Source: Macrostomum lignano (Eukaryota). From it: a stretch of DNA of 64,000 nt. Under the pieces are notes generated by a model. That model was given only the letters and a program-made list of their open reading frames with translations. It had not been told where the DNA came from and made no database searches. The DNA lies in contig NIVC01000291.1 of assembly GCA_002269645.1 (NCBI GenBank), positions 620,001 to 684,000 on the forward strand. Reading direction: 5' to 3'. Shown piece after piece: positions 12,372-23,900 of the stretch. Position numbers and translations under genes: made by a program. Positions within the stretch are counted from its first letter, which is position 1, and each line of letters starts with the position of its first letter.

Positions 12372-15300
12372 TCAAATCTTCTGGAAGGCCGCCACGTCCA
12401 CGGACTGGACCAGATCCTCGAACTTGGTGATCTCCTCCTCCAGGAAGTCGGTGCCGACTTTGTCGTCCTCGACAACACAGCCGATCTGCAGCTTCTTGAT
12501 GCCGTAGCCTACCGGCACCAGCTTGCTGGCGCCCCACAGCAGCCCGTCGGTTGCGATGCTGCGGACGCAGCGCTCCATCTCAGCCATGTCAGTCTCGTCA
12601 TCCCACGGCTTCACGTCCAGCACGATGCTGCTCTTGGCCACCAGGGCCGGCTTCTTCGACTGCGGGCGGCGGGGTGGTGGTGACTTTAGTCTCAGCCTGA
12701 GGGCTCTAGTCTCAGCCTTGTGACTTTAGTCTCAGCCTGAGGGCTCTAGTCTCAGTCTGGTGTCTCTAGTCTCAGCCTTGTGACTTTAGTCTCAGCCTGA
12801 GGGCTCTAGTCTCAGACTGGTGGCTCTAGTCTCAACCTGAGGGCTCTAGTCTCAGCCTGAGGGCTCTAGTCTCAGCCTGAGGGCTCTAGTCTCAGCCTGA
12901 GGGCTCTAGTCTCAGCCTGAGGGCTCTAGTCTCAGCCTTGTGACTTTAGTCTCAGCCTGAGGGCTCTAGTCTCAGCCTGAAGGCTCTAGTCTCAGTCTGG
13001 TGTCTCTAATCTCATACTGGTGGCTCTAGTCTCAGCTTGAGGGCTCTAGTCTTAGCCTGATGGCTCTAGTCTCAGCCTGAGGGCTCTAGTCTCAGCCTGA
13101 GGGCTCTAGTCTCAGCCTGAGGGCTCTAGTCTCAGCCTGATGGCTTTAGTCTCAGTCTCAGCAGGTCCAGTCTGGCACTCAAATTAACAAACGGTTGTCT
13201 CGAACTGCAAGCCCCACAGCATGCACTCAATGGCGAAGCTAAGCCTCACCTTTTTCTCCTGGTAGGCCTGCAGCCGTTCCTGCTTGATCCGCTCGGCCTC
13301 GGCGTCCGCCTCCTCGTCGTCGGAACCAAACAGGTCCACGTCGTCGTCGTCGCCACCGTTCTTCTGCTTGGCGGCTGCTGGCGGGGCGGCGGGTTTGGCC
13401 GGGCCGCCGGCGGAGAGGGCGGCGAACTTTTTCTCCAGCTCAGCGATGCGGCTGGTCAAGCAGTCCACGGCTGGCGGGGGCGGCGTGGGTGGGCAAAGCT
13501 GCGGCTGGCTCAGACATCACATGGAATTAGTATTGCTATAGAGACTGAGGGAACGGGGGAAGGGAGAAGCAGCGGAGGCCTGAGGGAACGGGGGAAGGGA
13601 GAAGCAGCGGAGGCCTGAGGGAACGGGGGAAGGGAGAAGCAGCGGAGGCCTGAGGGAACGGGGGAAGGGAGAAGCAGCGGAGGCCTGAGGGAACGGGGGA
13701 AGGGAGAAGCAGCGGAGGCCTGAGGAAACGGGGAAAGGCAAAGCATACAATAACCGAAGAAGTCACAAAACCGAACTCACTCTTCAGCAGGTTCTTGTTG
13801 TCCGCCTCCAGCTTGGCAATTCGAGCATCGTCTCCGGAGGCGCTCTGGCACAGACAGGGAAAGTCATCATTAAGCAATGATTGCAGAATTTCTACACAAC
13901 TGATTGCAGGCGGCTACTGTAAGTAGGGCACAACGCAAAGTTTACTAGAAGTCATTTAATATTACATACAAGTGCAAGCAGGCATAGGAAACAATAGGAA
14001 AATTCTATCAATAAGTAAAATATAATAGTAGTATAAATAAAGCATTCTAAAAATAAATAGTTATACCACAAACACAAGACACGTTGTTGCAAAGACAGCA
14101 CGAAAGTAAAGTACACGATTAAATAGAAAAAAATATAAGGTACGGTCTTAACACCGCAGCCCACAGAGAATGCAAGCTGATTGAATTAAGAATATTTTCA
14201 CAAATTCCACTTAGTATTGGGCTATTGATGAGTACGAGCTAACAATACAATGGGCCTTTCGATCAGCTGAGTGACCCAAACTGACCCCGAATGACCCTAG
14301 GTCTACCGAGCAGCTGGGTGACCCGAACTGACCCGAATGACCCTAGGTCTACCGAGCAGCTGGGTGTCCCAAGCCTATTATTCAGTCCCAAGATGACCTG
14401 AATGACCCCAGGACAATTACACAGCCCAAAAATGAGACCCTGTGCCCCCCCTCCCCCCGCAGAAGGGTCGAGAGTCGAGACGCTAGGTTAAATGAATCCA
14501 ACACAAGGCACTCCACAACACGTTAATAAGGCTGTGCGCTGCACTTTTTGTTTTGTAAGAGCCGGTAGACTGGCTTGACAAAAATTATCTTAAACAATGA
14601 ACATCACAACGGTACAAACTGAAGTAAGATTATTATTTCCGAAAATGGCGAAAAACCAGATTTAAGGTATGCGAGAGACGCTGCTGGTTTTTGTGAGGAG
14701 TGATAATTAAAGTGAAATGCAGTGCAAAATGCTATTGGTATTGAGGAGGTAAATTATGGCACGTCAATGCAAAGCTGCTAGGGCCGTGGGGCAGAGGGTA
14801 GAGGACTGAAGGACCGAAGGCGCAGGCAGCTGAAGGACTGAGGGTGGAGGGAGCTGAAGGGCTGAGGGTGGAGGGAGCTGAAGGACTGAGGGTGGAGGGA
14901 GCTGAAGGGCTGAGGGTGGAGGGAGCTGAAGGGCTGAGGGTGGAGGGAGCTGAAGGGCTGAGGGTGGAGGGAGCTGAAGGGCTGAGGGTGGAGGGAGCTG
15001 AAGGACTGAGGGTGGAGGGAGCTGAAGGGCTGAGGGTGGAGGGAGCTGAAGGGCTGAGGGTGGAGGGAGCTGAAGGGCTGAGGGTGGAGGGAGCTGAAGG
15101 ACTGAGGGTGGAGGGAGCTGAAGGGCTGAGGGTGGAGGGAGCTGAAGGGCTGAGGGTGGAGGGAGCTGAAGGGCTGAGGGTGGAGGGAGCTGAAGGACTG
15201 AGGGTGGAGGGAGCTGAAGGGCTGAGGGTGGAGGGAGCTGAAGGACTGAGGGTGGAGGGAGCTGAAGGGCTGAGGGTGGAGGGAGCTGAAGGGCTGAGGG

Positions 15301-16666
15301 TGGAGGGAGCTGAAGGACTGAGGGTGGAGGGAGCTGAAGGGCTGAGGGTGGAGGGAGCTGAAGGACTGAGGGTGGAGGGAGCTGAAGGGCTGAGGGTGGA
15401 GGGAGCAGAGGGGTTAAGGGTGGAGGGAGCTGAAGGGCTGAGGGTGGAGGGAGCTGAAGGGCTGAGGGTGGAGGGAGCTGAAGGGCTGAGGGTGGAGGGA
15501 GCTGAAGGGCTGAGGGTGGAGGGAGCTGAAGGACTCAAGAACCGGATTTACCTATCAATCAAGGACTAGAAACTACAATTCAACCAGAGAGAAATCGTGC
15601 ATGCAGAATACATTCTTAGTGATAGGAAAACAGGTGACCCCAGAACCCAGAATGGTAACAATAAACGCGGGACAGCAGCCACTGACTCAATGCACACTTG
15701 TAGGCGAATTAAGGCGCTCTCGGAGCAAAGTGCAAGCTGTACTTACAGCAATGGCCAGGCTCTCTGTAATTTTCTGCCTGGCCTTTGCCACCTCCGCACT
15801 GAGGGCGGATTTTGGTTTACCATCAGCCTAGGGGGTCGGGGAGGGCGATTGAGATGGCGGCTAGGAGCGTCGGTTGGCAATGAAACACGGACAGCCACGG
15901 CAGGCCTCATACAGCCAAATTTATGGCACTACTGCTGGTCAGCGAGATGTGCCGCTTCTGGCTTTAATTGTATTGCAAGTTAAAATTCCACAATCTGAAG
16001 CAGATCCCAGAGGGTGACAGCGGCCCAGCAACTCAGGATCTGGGAGGCTGGCCCAGCAACTGAGGATCTGGGAGGCTGGCCCAGCAACTGAGGATCTGGG
16101 AGGCTGGCCCAGCAACTGAGGATCTGAGAGGCTGGCCCAGCAACTGAGGATCAGGGAGGCTGGCCCAGCAACTGAGGATCTGGGAGGCTGGCCCAGCAAC
16201 TGAGGATCTGGGAGGCTGGCCCAGCAACTGAGGATCTGGGAGGCTGGCCCAGCAACTGAGGATCTGGGAGGCTGGCCCAGCAACTGAGGATCTGGGAGGC
16301 TGGCCCAGCAACTGAGGATCTGGGAGGCTGGCCCAGCAACTGAGGATCTGGGAGGCTGGCGCTGTGGCGGTGGCCCACAAAGCCTAACCTAGTATCTTTT
16401 GAAAAGTTTTTTATCCTCTATATTTGACTCATTGCACAAGTGATTAAGAAACAGGGCAAGCCGATTGAATTCATATTTGCCAGCTATCGAATCAAAATCA
16501 CAAAGAAGCCCAAATGCAAGTTGAGCAACCCACAAGACAGCGCGAGACTCACAGAGCCGGCATCGGTCAGTTTGACTCCGCACAAGTACTTGATGTACTC
16601 CTGCTCGTCGCGGCTGGCATTGGGGAACTGCGCCCGCGGCTCATTGGGAAAGGAGATGGCAGACAT
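12372..16666 (-). CDS. EEF1D: Translation elongation factor 1-delta/beta (eEF1B guanine exchange subunit), 4 exons, 228 aa
   Basis: complement(join(16553..16666,13781..13844,13250..13470,12372..12659)) = 687 nt, GT-AG introns, phases consistent. Contains [14 protein letters not shown] and [24 protein letters not shown]...[58 protein letters not shown] leucine-zipper-like segment ([28 protein letters not shown]) favours the delta type. Exon 1 is the least certain. Confidence 0.88.
12683..13157. repeat. 20-bp minisatellite (GAGGGCTCTAGTCTCAGCCT)n, EF1 intron 3
   Basis: Visible tandem copies with variants. Confidence 0.95.
13543..13735. repeat. 35-bp minisatellite, EF1 intron 2
   Basis: About 5 copies of GAACGGGGGAAGGGAGAAGCAGCGGAGGCCTGAGG. 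Confidence 0.95.
14828..15534. repeat. 24-bp minisatellite (GAGGGTGGAGGGAGCTGAAGGGCT)n, EF1 intron 1
   Basis: About 29 copies. It produces the spurious EGAEGLRV and PSAPSTLS ORFs. Confidence 0.95.
16022..16358. repeat. 28-bp minisatellite (GGCCCAGCAACTGAGGATCTGGGAGGCT)n, EF1 intron 1
   Basis: About 12 copies. Confidence 0.95.
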
Positions 16667-18659
16667 TGCAGCGCTTTGGTTAATTAGAAATCTCTGAGCA
16701 AATCTGACGATGAGTTGCAACTGCTGGACAGCTCAAACAGCATGCAATGCAGGATTACCAAAGTAAAAATATTAAAATTGTAAAAAAATACATGCTATGT
16801 TATTTTCAATGTCAATTCTGCAAACTAATGTCACAGCTATCAGCTAATGAAAACTATGATGAATAAGTACTTCAAACTCAATATATAACTAGCCTAGCAT
16901 GATGAAAACAAATTTTACAATGAATGGTGACAATGAACCCTAATGCTATGTAACCCTAATTTAAAATATAAAAATTAAGGTAAATTGAGGAATTTAACTC
17001 TTATTTATACCACCAGGGTTTAGCACAACAAACAAGATGGGATTTTTTAAATGATTCTATTAAGTTGATATATATTTTTGTCTTTTTAAAGATACTCTAT
17101 AGTCTTCATAGAAGCCTTATAGGCTATTCTAATGTAAATTCGGTTAGACGAGGTTCCTTGCAATGATAATAGTGTAATGTCTGCAACAGAGTTAAGTTCT
17201 AAGAGCATTGGTAGAAGCATTTAGTTTGCTTCTATTAATCTACAGAGGCCTTATTATAGGTCACTTAAGCAAAACAACTATTTATTAATTTCAATGTTCA
17301 ATGGTAGCAAAAAAGTGTCAATGTGTTTTTTACATTAATAACAAAATATTTTTATACAAAGAGCACACTCTTTAATCAATAGCATTGTCATTTAATTAGG
17401 CCTAGTACCTTTCTTTTTAAAGACCTATTGCTATAGTCTAGGGTATACTTGTTTAAATATATAATTATAATTAGAATCTTTATATTCTTACTAGTAATGA
17501 TATTCTTACTTATTATTATAGCTCTTATACCAACTATATGATTCTTTTATGAGGCCAGAAGTTTTATATATTTATGTTAAAAATTTAATTCTAGTATAAA
17601 TATTATAGTCTCTAGAATTCAGGACTTAAACAATGCTGTCTGCAATAATGGTCATTGGCTGCAATAGGAGAGGGGAGAGAGGAGAGAAAAAGAGGGCAAA
17701 GAAATGAAAGAAAAAAGAAGAAAGGGAAAAGAAGAGAGGAAAGAGAATAGTCAAAAAGGCTATTAAAATAAATAGAGCATTATTGGCATAGAACTGACAT
17801 TATATAAATTACTTTACTATGCCTTAAGCCATATAAAACATAAAACATACATAGAAATAAGATATTTAAAAATAAAAATTTAAAGATTAACAAAAATTAT
17901 AATCTATAGACTAGGTAGGCCTATAGAACAATCTTCTTAATTGTCTAATTAACTTGTCTTAGGATTGTTTAAATTCTTAGTTGGTTAAAAACTTTTCTAC
18001 TTTGACTAAATTTTAATTGGCTTAGGCCTAGCACATTTATGATTTAGTTGCATTCATTCATTGATATAAGTTCATGCTAGCCATTGCTAGGCTTATTTTT
18101 TGTCTAAGTTTTGATTTTGACAATGACTTTTTGAGATTTATTCTCATAATGCAAATTGCACCATTTCTATAATACTTTATATTCTTTTAGTATATTTTGC
18201 TATAATTACAACTAAAAACTATTATTTCTTAGAAAATACGAGTACTAATTTTCAAATGTCCACTAAAATATTTTTGTTTTAATGTTGTGATACAAAATAA
18301 TACTTTGCAAATAAATTTGCTTTAAATAGACTGCTCAACTAATATAAATAGGCCTAGAAGCCTTGAGTAGGCCAAGGGAGGCAACTTGCTAACTTGCAAA
18401 GATCTACAAACCTGAAAACTTGCAAGCAAAATTTATTACTCATTAAATATATAACAATTTTTCAATTTGGCTTATTTATTTATTAAGAATTAAAAGCCTC
18501 AACCTGGGAGAATTAAGATCCATCAGAAAGTGAAAATTACCTTAAGCTCAAAGGGGGAGTCAGAGCAATAGATCACCTTAGGACAGTAGGTTGTCTCAGA
18601 CTCAGAGCAATAAAACATCTATCTCAGAGCAGTAAATTGCCTAATAGCAAAAGGGCAAT

Positions 18660-18938
18660 GGCTAGAGTTCCGGCACCGGAACCCATTTTCTAATGGCTAT
18701 GGATCTGGCAGTGGTATTCCAATAGTGCAATTTATGGGTATAATATAGCAGAAACATTTTACTTTTTTAACAGGTTGTTGATATTGGGATTTTGCTCAAG
18801 ATAAGATCAAAACGAAACGATGAGATTCAAAACAAGATACTTCTAATGTTCAAAGACTTCATTAGTAGATAACTGCCTGCAGAAGACTGCCGGATCCATA
18901 GCCATTAGAAGACAGGTTCCGGTGTCGGAACTCTAGCC
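18660..18938. mobile_element. MITE, 279 bp, long imperfect terminal inverted repeats
   Basis: GGCTAGAGTTCCGGCACCGGAACC...CTAATGGCTATGGATC at the left mirrors GATCCATAGCCATTAG...GGTTCCGGTGTCGGAACTCTAGCC at the right. AT flanks both sides. Confidence 0.7.
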
Positions 18939-20908
18939 ATTACCTAGCAAAAGATTGCCTCAGAGCAATAGATCACCTTAGAGTAGTAAAACACCTTAGG
19001 GCAGTAAATTGCCTCCCTCAGGGCAGTAGGGCCTATAACATTTAGAAGTCATGACCCTTTGATACTAGGAATGCCCAAGACTAAGAGAATAAAATGGTTG
19101 ATAGTCATTTTGTCTGCTGCCAGTTTGTTTGCCACTTTTTTTGCAAAAATACAATTTAGTCATTTTGTCTACTAACAAAATATTAAACATGACATTAGCA
19201 TTTATGTGTATATATATTTTAATTTTATTTGAAAAATCATTTTTTGAAATTGGCAACTGGCATAAGGAAAATTAAGTTGCCAGATTGGCCTCTGATGCCA
19301 AAAACATCCAGTTGCCAATGAGATTTTCAAGGGGCCAAAAAACCCCATAGGCTATGGCCCAAAAAACCCAGACTGTAGGCCCCTAGCAATCAATAGTCTG
19401 ATGCATGAGGAGGCCTAGCATAGCAGAATGCATTAGGCCTAATGCAATGCCAGTAGGATTACACAAATTTCAAAATAGATAAAATGCTATTCAGTCCTAA
19501 CCTAACTGCTAGAGGTAGTTTATTGCGTAAAAATTTTTGACTAGGCTAGGCCTAGTTATAGTAGACCTACTGCCTTAGTTTTCATCATAAATAAGTCTTA
19601 AGTCTTAGGCCCCCCGCCCCGGCCCTACTAGTCTTACTCTTAATGTCAACTCCCAAGTCTCATTAGTTTTAAAACTTCGTAAATTTTTGGTAGGCCTACA
19701 GGTTCGTGGAAATAACTGCTAGAGAATAAAAGTTTTGAAATTATGAAGCAGTATTTAAACCAAAATGGACTATGCAAGGCAAGGCGCGCCATATAAGATC
19801 GCCGGCTGCATATGTGCGCGTGCGCCCCACGAAATACAAAAAATTACCAAGGACGACTTAAGTCGTCCTTGAAAATTACGTGTAAACATCTTTTTAAAAC
19901 AAAGTTTACTTTACTTTACTGCATTTCAAGCTGGACAAGTTTCCTAATTATTTTATTTCATTATAATTTTTTACTTTGTATTTGATTGTACAGTTTAAAG
20001 CCTTACTAATTACTTAGACAAAATACGGCCGGTATCGTACCGTTATTTGTACAATAACTGGCTTGCGTGGCCAATTGATAAAAATTAGCCAATATGTTAA
20101 AATATTTAAGAAGTTAATACTGCTTTAATTAACTGAATTAGACCATACTTTATCGTCCTATTTGTGCGTTAAACGAACACATATTTTTATCTGCTTTAAC
20201 CCCCAAAATGCATGATAGCTAAGCAATAAAAAACTATTTGTTTTTGCTTCAGTAAATCAGTAAATATTACCAAAAAGCTACTTTTCCCCAAATTAACAAG
20301 ACTGCAACAGAATTACTTTTAGGTAAGCAAGGAAGTAAACTTAGATGTAGGCATTGTTACTTAATTGTTACCAATTTATAATTCGCTTAGTTAACTAATT
20401 AATGTATAGTGCACGTAGTAATTTCCGCATCAACAGCAAGGGACAAATTCAGAGCTAAATGCTGTCTGCAAACTGCAAACTGCAGCCTAGTCAGAAAAGC
20501 TGTCTGTAAGTTTAGCTACACCAGAACACTGGGAAATACAGAATACAGGTATTGCTGCAACGAGATGTATGGGATGGGAACGGAACGACTCGTGGGTGAC
20601 TATCCTATGGCTTGAACATAAAAAAGAGCAAGTCGTTTATAACTTTAATACATAATGCAGTGACAGAAGGATAAAACTAAGATATAGATGGTTTGGACGG
20701 GTACCAATTTACTAACGCATCTGTTTATAACAAGCCTGTTGAAACTAGCGATTGCGACAGACCGGACAGCTTGATGAACGCATGGACTTGTTAAATTTGG
20801 TAATAAATACAGAGAAACGGACACAAACAAATCGACTAAGTAAAAGCCTATGCTTTTAGTCGGTTATATAAAACCAACTTCGAGATCGTCAAGCTCGGAG
20901 CCTATCAT

Positions 20909-23900
20909 CTACCACCGGTTGCTTCGCCATCCGCCACCGCCGCCACCGCGACGGCTTCGCATCCCGCCGCCACCGCCGCCAAATCGGTCCCGCGCCCTCC
21001 GATCAGAGCTCCGCTGATCCCCCGCAAAGCGTCGGCGGGCTCCGCCGCGATCCTCTTCCTCGTCGTCGCTGACTTCGCCGCGCCGCTTGCCGAGCCGGTC
21101 GGCGCCGGAGGCGGCCAACTGGCGCCAAGACAGACAGGAGACGGCCAGCTCAGCCCGGTAGGAGGGCGGCGATCTGGACAGGTCGCGAGCCAGCAGGGCG
21201 ATGTTCTCGGCGGTGGCCAGGGCGACCTCGCGAAGGCGGGCGGGGTCTGCGATCGGCGGCTCAGCAGCTTTGGGTTCCTCAGCTTTTTCCGCCTTCTCGG
21301 CGTCGTCGCTCGCATCCGGCTGAGTCGATGGGGCGGCATCTTCAACGGCTGCAGCAGGGGTGGGGACGGCGTCCTCCGCACGTGGTGGAGCTCGAACTGC
21401 TGACCGCAGCGATCGCAGGTACACTTGGTTGGCTCTGAGTTTGGTTTGGCGAAGTAACGAGATGAAGACATGCAGTAAAATTTAGGACAAATAAGGCTGA
21501 ATAATTAGTGAGAATCAAGATTGCGAGGTCAAGTTGAGGATCTCAGAAAGATTGAGGATTTGAGATAGGACTCTTAGCAGTGATGCAGACTGAAACAGAA
21601 GCCTCACTGGCTCAGATAGCCGATCCGCTTGGCAAAGTCGGCCAGTCGGTCGGACAGGCGGTCAGGAAGTCCGAGTTGGTCTTGGCCAGGCGGTGGAAGG
21701 CGAACAACAGGCACTCGATCTGAGAGAAGTTCAGCTCGGGCTCGCCGACTGCTGGCGCAATCTCGCCCTCCTCCGGCACCTTGTCAGTCTCGGCCTGCTC
21801 GTTATCGTTTGACGAAGTCGCCATTGGCGTTGGCGGCGGCGTCGGCGGCAGCGGCAGGCGGTCGAGCAGGCGGTCAAGCAGTGCCGAAAGCTGCTTGTCA
21901 GTGACCGCGAATGAGGAGCCTGACAGGTGAAATGAGAGCTAATTAGCACTGAACACTGATCCCAATACAGCCATTACTGATCCCAAATCCTCACCGGCAG
22001 CAGAGCTCAGTTCCGCCAGGCGACGCAGCAGGCCGAGGCGGGGCGAGTCGGCCAGGCCAGGCCCGGAAGCCGAGTCGTCCACCAGGTCGATGCTGGGCAC
22101 CACCCGGTCCAGGTAGTACACCAGCAGAGCCTTGGCGCTGACGTTGCGCTGTACAAGGAAATGGGTGTGTGACTGAGTTGGGAAGGGTTGCATCAGGCTG
22201 ATATCAATGGAAAAGAGGAACAACACACCAGTGTTACATGTAAAGACAGCCAGAGATAGGTAAGGACGTACATACTCTTGAAAAAATATGGGACAGATAA
22301 ACAAGTGTCGAGTTTCTAAGACACCGGTAGAAACATTGAAGACCAAAATAAAAACACCGGATAAGGGGTGACGAGCTTACCTGTTTTCCCTGGAATACGC
22401 AGGAGCGCAGGAAAAAATCCAGTAAAGAGAAAGACAGTGAAATGGAAATACACAGGAAAATATAAGGTAAAGACGCAGGGAATGACAAGTGAAGACACAG
22501 GAAATGACACAAGTGAAGACACAGGAAATGACACAAGTGAAGACACAGGAAATTACAAGTGAAGACACAGGAAATGACAAGTGAAAACGCAGAAAATGAC
22601 ACAAGTGAAGACACAGGAAATTACAAGTGAAGACACAGGAAATGACAAGTGAAAACGCAGAAAATGACACAAGTGAAGACACAGGAAATGACACAAGTGA
22701 AGACACAGGAAATGACACAAGTGAAGACACAGGAAATGACAAGTGAAAACGCAGAAAATGACACAAGTGAAGACACAGGAAATGACACAAGTGAAGACAC
22801 AGGAAATGACACAAGTGAAGACACAGAAATGAGAAGTGAAGACACAGGAAATGACACAAGTGAAGACACAGGAAATGACAAATGAAGACACAGAAAATGA
22901 CACAAGTGAAGACACAGAAATGAGAAGTGAAGACACAGAAATGAGAAGTGAAGACACAGGAAATGACACAAGTGAAGACACAGGAAATGACACACAAGTG
23001 AAGACACAGGAAATGACACAAGTGAAGACACAGGAAATGACACAAGTGAAGACACAGGAAATGACACAAGTGAAGACACAGGAAATGACACAAGTGAAGA
23101 CACAGGAAATGACACAAGTGAAGACACAGAAATGAGAAGTGAAGACACAGGAAATGACACAAGTGAAGACACAGGAAATGACACAAGTGAAGACAGGAAA
23201 TGACAAGTGAAGACACAGGAAATGACACACAAGTGAAGACACAGGAAATGACACAAGTGAAGACACAGGAAATGACACAAGTGAAGACACAGGAAATGAC
23301 ACAAGTGAAGACACAGGAAATGACACAAGTGAAGACACAGAAATGAGAAGTGAAGACACAGGAAATGACACAAGTGAAGACACAGGAAATGACACACAAG
23401 TGAAGACACAGGAAATGACACAAGTGAAGACACAGGAAATGACACAAGTGAAGACACAGGAAATGACACACAAGTGAAGACACAGGAAATGACACAAGTG
23501 AAGACACAGGAAATGACACAAGTGAAGACACAGGAAATGACACAAGTGAAGACACAGAAATGAGAAGTGAAGACACAGGAAATGACACAAGTGAAGACAC
23601 AGGAAATGACACAAGTGAAGACAGGAAATGACAAGTGAAGACACAGGTAAAACACAGAATATAATGTGATACATGTGGAAACACGGATAAAATAGTGTGA
23701 ACAAGCAGGAAAAACAGGAACCCCAAAGTCATGGGTGGATGCGCACCCCCATATGCTTGGCAGCCATCCTGGCGCATTCGCTCAGGCGGGCCACATCGGC
23801 TGGGCTGGCCGGATCAAAGGGGGCCGCCAGGTCGGCCTGCTGGCAGACGGCGTCAACCAGGCGCTGCCGGCCCGCTGCTCCGCGCATGCAGCCAAGCCGG

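Noticed and set aside
14732-15569. 268-aa PSAPSTLS and 241-aa EGAEGLRV ORFs as mucin-like proteins
   Set aside because: They come from a stop-free 24-bp minisatellite in an EF1 intron, with no unique coding flank.
22377-23777. 466-aa Cys/His-rich ORF as a metallothionein-like protein
   Set aside because: It is an intronic 24-bp repeat open in several frames. Only its first codons overlap the real API5 exon.
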